From assembly GCA_045542485.1 (NCBI GenBank), contig JAZQLC010000027.1, forward strand, positions 11,859-75,858: 64,000 nt of DNA, written 5' to 3'. Below the pieces are notes generated by a model that saw nothing but the letters and a program-made list of their open reading frames with translations, ran no database searches and was not told the origin of the DNA. How positions within the stretch are numbered: position 1 is the stretch's first letter; every line of letters begins with the position of its first letter. Source of the DNA: Acutalibacteraceae bacterium. Its GTDB lineage: Bacteria; Bacillota; Clostridia; Oscillospirales; Acutalibacteraceae. The translations under genes and the position numbers were made by a program. Below, piece by piece: positions 43,337-51,756 of this stretch.

Positions 43337-45103
43337 TTAACCCTTGTAGCTGCCGGCAGTAGACTTGCCCTCTTCAGCTGCCTTTTGTTCGGTAACATCT
43401 GCACGGCGTTTGAGCACTTCCATAACCATATTCTGTTTCTTTGAATCATAGTCCCAGAAAAGATAGGGAATCGTCATAAGGAAGAAACCGATTGTATCAA
43501 TAATAATGGGAACAACAACGATGTTTCTTCGTGAGCCGTCGAAGAAGAGAATTTCCCAGTTACTGTTCAAGCCGTATTTAAGCAGGAAAATCGGAATAAT
43601 AAGACCGATAAATGATGTGATAGGACCGGTGAACCATCCGAAGATACCTGCAAAGCTTTCAAGTCTTTCACCTGAGAGATACATCTGATAGTCACCGATA
43701 CGGATATTCATATCGTGACCCGCAGTTGTGGGAACAGTTTTTGTCATCTCCATAAAGAAGAGTACAACAACACAGATTGTACCGCAAAGGGCAAGGTTGT
43801 CACCTAATGTCCACATAGCAACGGCAATAATCGCATTACCGATTGCACGGCTGAGCTGATAGAATACCATAATCTGTTTGTATGAGAATCTCTTGAGGAA
43901 ATAGGGTGAAAGCAAATCGGGCGGTGTACCCGCAAAGGAGATAAGCGCAACAAGCAGACTGTACGGAAGACCGCTCAGACGGAATGTATAGAAATACAGA
44001 ATCGTCGCAAAGGGCAGCATACCGTTGCCGAGAGCATCTATAAGCCCTACCACGGTATTAATAAGCAGGTACTTATTTTTCAGCACACCGAACATACCGT
44101 CCCAGAATTTAATCTGTACCTTCTTCTCAATAGGCGGCTGTGGCATTCTCTCTTTGATTCGCCCTGCAAAATACATTGTGAATGCTGCTGAAGCACAGAA
44201 AGTAATTGGAATTACCCATCTGTAAAAATTGATATCTGCCCATTCGTGACGGAGTGAACCGACGATTGCAGGGAGAATAATTGCAAGAATTGAGTTGAAG
44301 ATGTGTGAAATTTTAATGGGATAACTGCGCACAAGAATTCTTTCCTGAAGGTTAGGGCTGATAACCTTTGTGCACTGCTCAAGGTTATTTGCGAAACCGA
44401 ATACGCCGTAAATTGCAAAAAGAAGGTTTGCAGCCCACACACGGGTGGGTGTGTCGGCAATACTGTAAATGGGGAGCCAACCCATAAGGATGACCATAAT
44501 ACATTTGGGAATAACATCTGAATAAAGTGAATACTTATATCTGCCGTATTTAGGAAGAAGCTTCTTACGCCAGAAGATGTTACGGGCACCGACCCATCCG
44601 GAATACAGGAAATGAGTACCGAACGTCTTGAAACACGCCTTGGCGTTCATTCCCTCAAAACTGTTGAGAATCGTTATAAACGACCCCGATTGGTCAAATA
44701 GCAGCGAATAGTCAAAAACAATGGTGGAAATACCGAAAAGCATCATACCGATATAGACACCGTAAAGTGTTCTCTCTGTCTTTTTCGGCAGGAAACCAAG
44801 GTTATCACATACATACCACCAGATAAGGGCTGTGATATAACCGAGAGGCATATTCAGAAGTCCGATAACGGAGAATGTAAGATAAGGTAATTTGTAATGG
44901 TGCATAATGAGGAAACAGCTTGACCAGAAGCCTATGTACTCAAGTGTTTTCGCACCTGTGTAGTTTGCACCTACACCAAGAACAACATCCTTGTACTCCT
45001 TGTAAGGAACATACTTACCCTCACCGGGAGTGTTCCAATGCGTTTTGATTTCGGTGGCAAAGTCTTTTACCTTGCCGATGAGTGCATCTGTTCTTTCACT
45101 CAT
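43337..45103 (-). CDS. Large polytopic membrane transporter (possible GPH/MFS-type sugar transporter)
   Basis: The preferred start is ATG 45103 (MSERTDALIGK...). It is hydrophobic throughout, and a paralog lies at 63102-64000. The family assignment is tentative. Confidence 0.45.
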   Translation of the reverse strand: MSERTDALIGKVKDFATEIKTHWNTPGEGKYVPYKEYKDVVLGVGANYTGAKTLEYIGFWSSCFLIMHHYKLPYLTFSVIGLLNMPLGYITALIWWYVCDNLGFLPKKTERTLYGVYIGMMLFGISTIVFDYSLLFDQSGSFITILNSFEGMNAKACFKTFGTHFLYSGWVGARNIFWRKKLLPKYGRYKYSLYSDVIPKCIMVILMGWLPIYSIADTPTRVWAANLLFAIYGVFGFANNLEQCTKVISPNLQERILVRSYPIKISHIFNSILAIILPAIVGSLRHEWADINFYRWVIPITFCASAAFTMYFAGRIKERMPQPPIEKKVQIKFWDGMFGVLKNKYLLINTVVGLIDALGNGMLPFATILYFYTFRLSGLPYSLLVALISFAGTPPDLLSPYFLKRFSYKQIMVFYQLSRAIGNAIIAVAMWTLGDNLALCGTICVVVLFFMEMTKTVPTTAGHDMNIRIGDYQMYLSGERLESFAGIFGWFTGPITSFIGLIIPIFLLKYGLNSNWEILFFDGSRRNIVVVPIIIDTIGFFLMTIPYLFWDYDSKKQNMVMEVLKRRADVTEQKAAEEGKSTAGSYKG

Positions 45104-45143
45104 ATATATACCGACCTCCTTTTCATAATTAATTTTAATTATC

Positions 45144-45179
45144 CTTGTTATTTTAGCATATATCCATAAAAATAACAAG
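45144..45179. promoter_or_regulatory. 11-bp inverted repeat in the leader/promoter region of the transporter operon
   Basis: CTTGTTATTTT (45144-54) pairs with AAAATAACAAG (45169-79) around a 14-nt loop. It lies 41-76 nt upstream of start 45103. Confidence 0.3.
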
Positions 45180-45263
45180 ATTGTTTTTCGTTTTTGTGAT
45201 GATTTTGTGAATTTTGTTGCATCTTTTTTCGTGTAACAAGCAAAAATGCTGATGCTGCATTAA

Positions 45264-45302
45264 AGAAAAAACCTTTCCGACGCATCTGAAATCGGAAAGG
45301 TT
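45264..45302 (-). terminator. Rho-independent terminator after the histidine-phosphatase fusion gene
   Basis: AACCTTTCCGA (45270-80) pairs with TCGGAAAGGTT (45292-302), followed on the minus strand by TTTTTCTTT. Confidence 0.7.
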
Positions 45303-45310
45303 TTATTGTT

Positions 45311-46636
45311 TTATTCAAAATCAAGTGAGCCGACACGGACAATATATTCTATCAGCTTTTCCTTGCAATAGGCAAACGCCTTGTCATCTCTGATTTTGCT
45401 TCTCACAAGTCGGTGGAAGATATTGAGATATGCGAGAACTCTCGCTCTGTCATCTGCCCTTGAAATGAGAGCTTCTTCCTCGCCGTCAAAATATGTAAGA
45501 AGAAACTTTTCCCACACTCTTTTTGCTGTTTCGTAAGAAAATCCGAATTTTTTCATAGCGGCTTTTCTGTCAAATTCACCCGTAGCCACAAGGCTTTCAT
45601 AGAGATTTGCAAGATCAAACACGGGATATCCCATATAGTTTGTTTCGTTTTCGGTGCAGTAAACTTCACCTTTATCGGCGAAAACTGAATTTGTATCGCA
45701 GAAAGCAAGGCGTGTACCCGTTGCCTGTGCACCGGTCACAAGACTTCTCAGCTTCTGCCATTTTTCAGCAGTGATATAATGCATTATATCATCTGTCATC
45801 TGCGTTTTTTCCGTTCTGATATCAACTGCATTTTCAGCCTTTTCAGAATGAATTTTCTTCATAAACGATACCAGCTTTTTGACGGTGCCGTCTATATTTT
45901 CGCTGTCATCCGCAATCAGCTTCGAAAAGCTCTCCGGCAAAACCTCTTCATCCGGAATGCAAAAATGCTTTGTATCGTTAATAGTATCAAAAACAATATC
46001 ACCGAACCTGTTTGTGCCTTTTTTATAGAAAATTATGTGGGTGATACCTGTGTTGGTGATTTCAATATCATAAATCGGAGACTCTGTGTAACCCATAATG
46101 TGAAACATCATAACCGTTCCGAAAGCAGCGTGTCCCGTAACGAGCACCTTTTCACCCTTGTTATATCGTGAGCGAAGATATTCGGTAGCCTTTGCTGCTC
46201 TCTCGAAAATAGGTTTTTCATTTTCTCTGGGGTTATAGAAAAGAAGTCCGTCTTCTTCTCTGAAGCCTTCTGCCACGACGGCAGTTTCGCAGAATTCTCT
46301 GATTTCCTCAAGACTTCTACCTTTATAGACTTCCTCAACGGCAACCTCCGTCACAAGCGGAAGAACATTCAGCGTTTTCTTCTCTTTCTGAAAAGACATA
46401 ATCTCGTTGGCAGTCATAACAGTTCTCACAAGGGCACTTGAATAACACGCGTCAAACTCAACGCCTGAAAGATATTTTCCTGCTTTTTTTGCCTGCATAA
46501 TGCCAAGCTCTGTAAGTCGCGGGTCGTTGATTTCGGTAAACGAGACTTTCTCATCTCCGAATCCTACGTTGCCTTTGCTTTGACCGTGTCTGACAAGATA
46601 AAGTTCAAGCTCAATCACAGGCTTTACATTTCCCAT
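45311..46636 (-). CDS. Histidine phosphatase (PGM-like) fused to an APH/choline-kinase-like C-terminal region
   Basis: The preferred start is ATG 46636. The N-terminal domain has LYLVRHGQSKGN (RHG motif) and VTGHAAFG. The C-terminal ~200 aa include ...LAFCDTNSVF...NYMGYPVFDLANLYESL, which looks like a kinase C-lobe. Confidence 0.6.
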   Translation of the reverse strand: MGNVKPVIELELYLVRHGQSKGNVGFGDEKVSFTEINDPRLTELGIMQAKKAGKYLSGVEFDACYSSALVRTVMTANEIMSFQKEKKTLNVLPLVTEVAVEEVYKGRSLEEIREFCETAVVAEGFREEDGLLFYNPRENEKPIFERAAKATEYLRSRYNKGEKVLVTGHAAFGTVMMFHIMGYTESPIYDIEITNTGITHIIFYKKGTNRFGDIVFDTINDTKHFCIPDEEVLPESFSKLIADDSENIDGTVKKLVSFMKKIHSEKAENAVDIRTEKTQMTDDIMHYITAEKWQKLRSLVTGAQATGTRLAFCDTNSVFADKGEVYCTENETNYMGYPVFDLANLYESLVATGEFDRKAAMKKFGFSYETAKRVWEKFLLTYFDGEEEALISRADDRARVLAYLNIFHRLVRSKIRDDKAFAYCKEKLIEYIVRVGSLDFE

Positions 46637-46756
46637 AGTATCACCTCTGCGCAATAATTTATAAAAATTATATCATAAACAGAAAATTTGTCAAACAAAA
46701 ATCACCCGTCACAAGCTGCAAACAGCTCGTCACGGGCGTTTTTATGTAACAATAAA

Positions 46757-46969
46757 TTATACAGCCTGAACGTTAACTGCGCGTTTCTTTTCAGGATTTT
46801 TGGGGTCTGCTTCTGTTTCGAATGTTACTTTCTGACCCTCGTTGAGAGTTTTGAAGCCTTCTGCTACGATAGCTGAGAAATGTACAAAAACATCCTCACC
46901 TGTTGCGTCGTCAGAAATAAATCCATAGCCTTTTTCTGCGTTAAACCATTTCACTGTTCCGTTATTCAT
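46757..46969 (-). CDS. cspA: Cold-shock protein (CspA family)
   Basis: [18 protein letters not shown]...VFVHFSAI carries the RNP1 and RNP2 motifs. GGAGG lies 7 nt upstream of ATG 46969. Confidence 0.95.
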   Translation of the reverse strand: MNNGTVKWFNAEKGYGFISDDATGEDVFVHFSAIVAEGFKTLNEGQKVTFETEADPKNPEKKRAVNVQAV

Positions 46970-47117
46970 CACGGTACCTCCGAAAAAAATATTTGCACCA
47001 AAAGAGTATAAAAAAATGATTGCCTGTAAATCATCGAACTTACAGACAACCTTTTGATTTCTTTGCGTCTTCTGAATACAAGTCGATTATAACATAGTCA
47101 TTCTTCTTTGTCAAGTT

Positions 47118-47147
47118 GTCATAATCAAGACGGACATCTCATATTAT
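47118..47147 (+). promoter_or_regulatory. Possible sigma-E-type promoter of spoIVA
   Basis: GTCATA (47118-23), a 16-nt spacer and CATATTAT (47140-47) compare with the Bacillus sigma-E consensus (xTCATAxx ... CATACAxT). spoIVA is sigma-E dependent in Bacillus. Confidence 0.3.
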
Positions 47148-47176
47148 TAACTAAAAAAGATACGGAGGAACAAAAT

Positions 47177-48658
47177 ATGGACACTTCAAACAATATATAC
47201 GACGACATCTGCAAACGCACGGGCGGAGATATCTACATCGGGGTTGTAGGCCCCGTAAGAACAGGCAAATCCACATTCATAAAAAAATTTATGGACACTC
47301 TCGTAATTCCCAACATCAAGGAAGAAAGTGTGCGTCAGAGAGCAAACGATGAACTTCCACAGAGCTCGGGCGGAAGAACAATCATGACCACAGAACCGAA
47401 ATTCATCCCTGAAAATGCTGCCCAAATCACAATCGGCGACACAGCCCACCTGAAAGTGAGAATGATTGACTGCGTCGGCTACATAGTCCCCTCTTCTCTG
47501 GGATATATCGAAGACGATAAGCCGAGAATGGTCAAAACCCCTTGGTTTGAAAAGGAAATCCCATTCAATCTCGCCGCAGAAATCGGCACACAGAAGGTAA
47601 TTTCCGAACACTCCACAATCGGTCTTGTCATCACAACAGACGGCTCTATCAGTGACATCCCCCGTGAAGAATATGAGGGCTGCGAAGAGAGAGTTATAAG
47701 TGAGCTTAAAGAAATTGAAAAGCCTTTCATTGTTCTTCTCAACTGCAAAAATCCCCAGAGCGATAAAGCAAAACGCCTTGCAGAAGATATGTCGCTGAAG
47801 CACGGAGTTGCCGTCATCCCCGTCAACTGTATGAAACTGAACGAAAGCGAAATCAGAGGGATTTTAGAACAGATTCTTTTCAGCTTCCCCCTTAAACAGA
47901 TTTCATTCGATCTTCCTCAGTGGCTCACTTCGCTTTCAAAAGAGCATCCGGTCAGACGGTCAATCTATGACACGGTAAAAAATGCTGGAAGCGATATGAA
48001 ATGCGTCAGGGATGTTTTCAGAATGAGTGAAAAACTCTGTCAGTGCGAACAGGTTGAAAACGCAAAAGTAGCTTCCGTTGATTTATCTGACGGCAGTGCC
48101 GTAATCAAGCCATATATCAGAGACGGTCTTTTCTATGATGTGCTCGGTGAAAAAACCGGTATAGACATCAGTGATGAAAGCGACCTGATGAAAAATCTTG
48201 TTGAACTGACAGAGATGAAGAAGAAATATATGACAATCAAAAACGCTCTCGATGAAGTTGAGGCAACCGGCTACGGCATTGTCACGCCTACTCTTGAAGA
48301 ATTGAAACTTGAAGAGCCCGAAATTATGAAGCAAGGCGGAAGATACGGCGTAAGACTCCGTGCATCTGCACCCTCAATCCATATGATGAAGGCCAACATC
48401 AACACCGAGGTTGCACCTATCGTAGGCTCAGAAAGCCAGTCAGAAGAGCTTGTCAACTATCTTCTCAAAGAATTTGAAGAAAATCCTGCAAAAATCTGGG
48501 ATTCAAATATTTTCGGCAAGTCACTCAATGAACTTGTAGGCGAAGGGTTACACAATAAGCTTTATCGTATGCCCACAGACGCGCGTATGAGAATTCAGGA
48601 AACTCTTGAAAAGGTCATAAACGAGGGTTGCAACGGACTTATCTGCATAATTCTCTGA
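47177..48658 (+). CDS. spoIVA: Stage IV sporulation protein A
   Basis: MDTSNNIYDDICKRTGGDIYIGVVGPVRTGKSTFIKKFMD carries the SpoIVA Walker A, and the conserved C-terminus is ...NGLICIIL. GGAGG lies 8 nt upstream. Confidence 0.95.
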   Translation: MDTSNNIYDDICKRTGGDIYIGVVGPVRTGKSTFIKKFMDTLVIPNIKEESVRQRANDELPQSSGGRTIMTTEPKFIPENAAQITIGDTAHLKVRMIDCVGYIVPSSLGYIEDDKPRMVKTPWFEKEIPFNLAAEIGTQKVISEHSTIGLVITTDGSISDIPREEYEGCEERVISELKEIEKPFIVLLNCKNPQSDKAKRLAEDMSLKHGVAVIPVNCMKLNESEIRGILEQILFSFPLKQISFDLPQWLTSLSKEHPVRRSIYDTVKNAGSDMKCVRDVFRMSEKLCQCEQVENAKVASVDLSDGSAVIKPYIRDGLFYDVLGEKTGIDISDESDLMKNLVELTEMKKKYMTIKNALDEVEATGYGIVTPTLEELKLEEPEIMKQGGRYGVRLRASAPSIHMMKANINTEVAPIVGSESQSEELVNYLLKEFEENPAKIWDSNIFGKSLNELVGEGLHNKLYRMPTDARMRIQETLEKVINEGCNGLICIIL

Positions 48659-48698
48659 GAATATCCGGTTGCAACAAACAATAATTTAAACAAAAATC

Positions 48699-48727
48699 TT
48701 TACAAATGAATGTCTTTTTTGTATAAT
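48699..48727 (+). promoter_or_regulatory. Near-consensus sigma-A promoter
   Basis: -35 TTTACA (48699-704), a 17-nt spacer and -10 TATAAT (48722-27). It lies upstream of the small ORF and the PHP-like gene. Confidence 0.55.
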
Positions 48728-48759
48728 TAAACCATAAAATAATCAAAGGAGTGTTTTTT

Positions 48760-48870
48760 ATGGATTTTAATGCATTTTTCAGAGATTTATTTGCAGAGAT
48801 AAGTTTCTTCCTCTACGACCTGACGGTTAAGCTTACCGAATTGTTCGGAAACATCGGAATAGGAGGCTGA
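48760..48870 (+). CDS. 36-aa small ORF (below the ORF-track cutoff)
   Basis: ATG 48760 is preceded by AAAGGAG at 8 nt, and the product is MDFNAFFRDLFAEISFFLYDLTVKLTELFGNIGIGG*. Its 3' end contains the AGGAGG RBS of the next gene. Confidence 0.35.
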   Translation: MDFNAFFRDLFAEISFFLYDLTVKLTELFGNIGIGG

Positions 48871-48875
48871 GTGCT

Positions 48876-50300
48876 ATGAAATTCAGAAAAACTATTTCCG
48901 TTTTCCTTGCAACAGTTATGGCTCTGAGCATTTTTACCATTGGTGCATCCGCATCAGAGCCTACAAAAACAAAGGTTTCTTTCACTCCGGAAAATGTTCA
49001 GGGTGAAAAGAACTATACAATTGAAAATCCCTATAAGGATGTAAAATGGGGTCAGTGGAGAGCGTACAAAGCTTCTCTCCACAGCCACACAAACGCCTCC
49101 GATGCGGTTCCCACAATTGCAGAGAGTGTTGAAAAACACTATGAACTAGGTTTTGACATTCTCGCAATTTCCGACCACGCAGTCATCGGTGTTCCCTGGA
49201 ACGAAATCCCCACAACTGTTCCCCTTTACCGTCTTTTCAAATTCGGAAATACGAAAATGGGCGCCGTGGATGTTCTCACAGATGAAAGACGCAAGGAAAT
49301 CACCTCGGGCGTAGGCAGAACAAATGAGGACGGTACTCCCCAACCTATGCTTGAAGTTACCGGCTCCGCGGAGCTCAATGGTGCAACACCTATTAACGAC
49401 TGCCATATTAACTGTTTCTTTATGGATAGCGGCAAGGAATACGGTCAGGCAAGAATGGGTGTTTACGGTGATTACGAAACAGTGGCGGAAAAAGTTGGTG
49501 AAGCAGGAGGAGTCACCTTCCTTGACCACGTGGGCGAATATGTGGGCTCTGAGTTTGATATTACAAGAGCCTCACATCCCTATTATGCAAATAAGTTTGC
49601 AAACATCTTCCTGAACAATCCCTCCTGCCTGGGTATGGATGTTAACAGCGGTGTGAACAACCACACAATTTACGACTATATCCTCTGGGACAACATCCTC
49701 AAGATGACTCTCCCCTACGGCAAAAATGTTTTCGCTTTCACCTTCTCTGACGGACATAAGATTGACCAGTATAACAGAAATTATACATATATGCTTATGC
49801 CTGAGCTTACAACAGAAGCACTGAGAACAAGTATGGAAACGGGCGCATTTTTTGCTTGTTCACACTATGCAAGAGCAGACCTTGGCGAAGAGTTCAACGG
49901 TGAAGCGTTTGAAACTCCCTTTGTTTCTGTTCTCGATGTAAATCAGGGAACTGATACAATTTCTTTTGAGGCTGATAATTACAACTATGTGCGCTGGTAT
50001 TCAGACGGTGAAATCATTGCCGAGGGTGAAAACCTCACACATCTTGACCTTAACAAATACGAGGATAAAATCGGATGTTATGTCCGTTTTACTCTCACAG
50101 GCGAAGGCGGTATCCTCTACTCTCAGGCATTCCCCGTAACTGCCGAGGGCGAGGAAACAGAACAGCCCCTCATCGTTCCCACATACGATGTTCCCCGATT
50201 TCTCAGATGTCTTGCGGACACAATGAATGTCCTTCTCGGTTGGACACCCGTTATGGCAGCTATCAGATATTTCCTTTGGGGCACATATTGGTGGTATTGA
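48876..50300 (+). CDS. Secreted PHP-domain-like phosphoesterase with C-terminal TM
   Basis: It has a signal peptide (...IGASASEP), the motifs ASLHSHTNASD and ISDHAV (PHP-type His clusters), and a C-terminal hydrophobic segment. Confidence 0.5.
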   Translation: MKFRKTISVFLATVMALSIFTIGASASEPTKTKVSFTPENVQGEKNYTIENPYKDVKWGQWRAYKASLHSHTNASDAVPTIAESVEKHYELGFDILAISDHAVIGVPWNEIPTTVPLYRLFKFGNTKMGAVDVLTDERRKEITSGVGRTNEDGTPQPMLEVTGSAELNGATPINDCHINCFFMDSGKEYGQARMGVYGDYETVAEKVGEAGGVTFLDHVGEYVGSEFDITRASHPYYANKFANIFLNNPSCLGMDVNSGVNNHTIYDYILWDNILKMTLPYGKNVFAFTFSDGHKIDQYNRNYTYMLMPELTTEALRTSMETGAFFACSHYARADLGEEFNGEAFETPFVSVLDVNQGTDTISFEADNYNYVRWYSDGEIIAEGENLTHLDLNKYEDKIGCYVRFTLTGEGGILYSQAFPVTAEGEETEQPLIVPTYDVPRFLRCLADTMNVLLGWTPVMAAIRYFLWGTYWWY

Positions 50301-50339
50301 TATACCTTATCAGACAACCTTAAAATCATAAGAACAAAC

Positions 50340-50385
50340 AAAACGCAACAGAACTCTATCTGAGCTTCTGCTGCGTTTTTGTTTA
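50340..50385. terminator. Bidirectional terminator between convergent genes
   Basis: AAAACGCAACAGAA (50340-53) pairs with TTCTGCTGCGTTTT (50366-79) with one mismatch. Both flanks are T-rich in the respective reading directions. Confidence 0.65.
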
Positions 50386-50425
50386 AATTATAATTCAGCG
50401 GTGTTTATCGAACAAGATCTTTCCG

Positions 50426-51742
50426 TTAATATTTCCGTACTTTCAGAGGTTTGTGGAAAACGGGCTTTTTCTCACCTGCATTTACCATTTCTCTTGAAAG
50501 CAAAGTACGCATTTCGGATATAACCTCTGAATAATTTTTATTATTTACAAGATTATTTTTCTCGCAGGGGTCATTTTTCAGATCATACAGAAAATCATCA
50601 AAATAATGAACCGCACTGTGCTTGTGCCACCCCGAGCCTATGGCACGGGCAGAATATTTCCACTTTTTTGTTCTGACCGCTCTTCCTACCTGAGATTCGC
50701 TTATCTGAACAAAAACACTGTCTCTTTCCGGCGCAGATATGCCGTTTACGGGAAGCACGTTTCCTGAATAACTTTCAGGAACAGAAATCCCTGCAAGATG
50801 AAGTAGCGTAGGCGGCAAATCTATAAGACTGACAAGGCAGTCTTTTATCCCGCTTTCTGCAACCGCTCCGCCGCCGAAAACCAGAGGAGTATGTATGCTT
50901 GAATCGTGACAGCTGCGCTTATATTCCATATTGCGTGTTTTAAAATGACATCCGTGGTCACTTGTGTAGACAATAACAGTGTTTTCATAAATGCCCTTTT
51001 CTTTAAGGACACCTACAAGCTTACCGACATTTTCATCAAGACGATTTATAGATGATATATAATCAGGATATTCCGCTTCATAATCGCCACTCAGAAAAGT
51101 CAGGTCATCAGGTATGGGATAATCACGAAAATTATCCACTATATCAGACGGACCCTCAAAGTGTCCGCTGTCATTCTGATGGTGAGGCTCAAGCTGAGAA
51201 ACAAACATAAAGAAAGGTTTTTCGCTGCTATGATTTCTGATATATTCCAATGCAAAATCGTTTATACAATCAGCTCTGTAACCTTTGAAATCTATCTTGT
51301 TACCCGCTTCGTCAAAAACAAATCCGTCATAACCGTGGGATGTAAATTCAAGCACATCGGCTCCGCGGAAATATTTGTATCCGCCTTGCCTTTCTACGGG
51401 AACGGCTGTTTTTTCACAGTGAAGTCCTATACCCGGATATTGGTCAGAGGCGAGATGCCACTTGCCGATATATGCCGTGTCGTAGCCATTTTCGTTAAAG
51501 TGGTCTGCAAGTGTTTTTGTATCCTCTGCCAATGCAATACCATTCCAATAACACTTGTTCTGCGTTGCATACTGACCTGTCTGCAGACACGCTCTTGCAG
51601 GTCCGCAAACCGGCTGACACGTGTAGGATTCCTCAAAAAGAACTCCCTCTTGACCTAATTGCCAGACATTGGGCATAAGAAAACTGTTGAGTGTGTCCCA
51701 CCTTTGCTGGTCCGAAAAATAAAAAATAATATTTGGTTTCAT
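50426..51742 (-). CDS. Cys-type sulfatase, no signal peptide
   Basis: The N-terminus is MKPNIIFYFSDQQRWD. The signature CGPARACLQTG matches C-x-P-x-R-x(4)-TG. Confidence 0.85.
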   Translation of the reverse strand: MKPNIIFYFSDQQRWDTLNSFLMPNVWQLGQEGVLFEESYTCQPVCGPARACLQTGQYATQNKCYWNGIALAEDTKTLADHFNENGYDTAYIGKWHLASDQYPGIGLHCEKTAVPVERQGGYKYFRGADVLEFTSHGYDGFVFDEAGNKIDFKGYRADCINDFALEYIRNHSSEKPFFMFVSQLEPHHQNDSGHFEGPSDIVDNFRDYPIPDDLTFLSGDYEAEYPDYISSINRLDENVGKLVGVLKEKGIYENTVIVYTSDHGCHFKTRNMEYKRSCHDSSIHTPLVFGGGAVAESGIKDCLVSLIDLPPTLLHLAGISVPESYSGNVLPVNGISAPERDSVFVQISESQVGRAVRTKKWKYSARAIGSGWHKHSAVHYFDDFLYDLKNDPCEKNNLVNNKNYSEVISEMRTLLSREMVNAGEKKPVFHKPLKVRKY

Positions 51743-51756
51743 AAAATCCCTTTAGT

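Noticed and set aside
47186-47803. 205-aa and 115-aa minus-strand ORFs inside spoIVA
   Set aside because: They are antisense to a highly conserved, unambiguous spoIVA reading frame.
51161-51658. 165-aa plus-strand ORF
   Set aside because: It is antisense to the sulfatase gene, which has clear family signatures.
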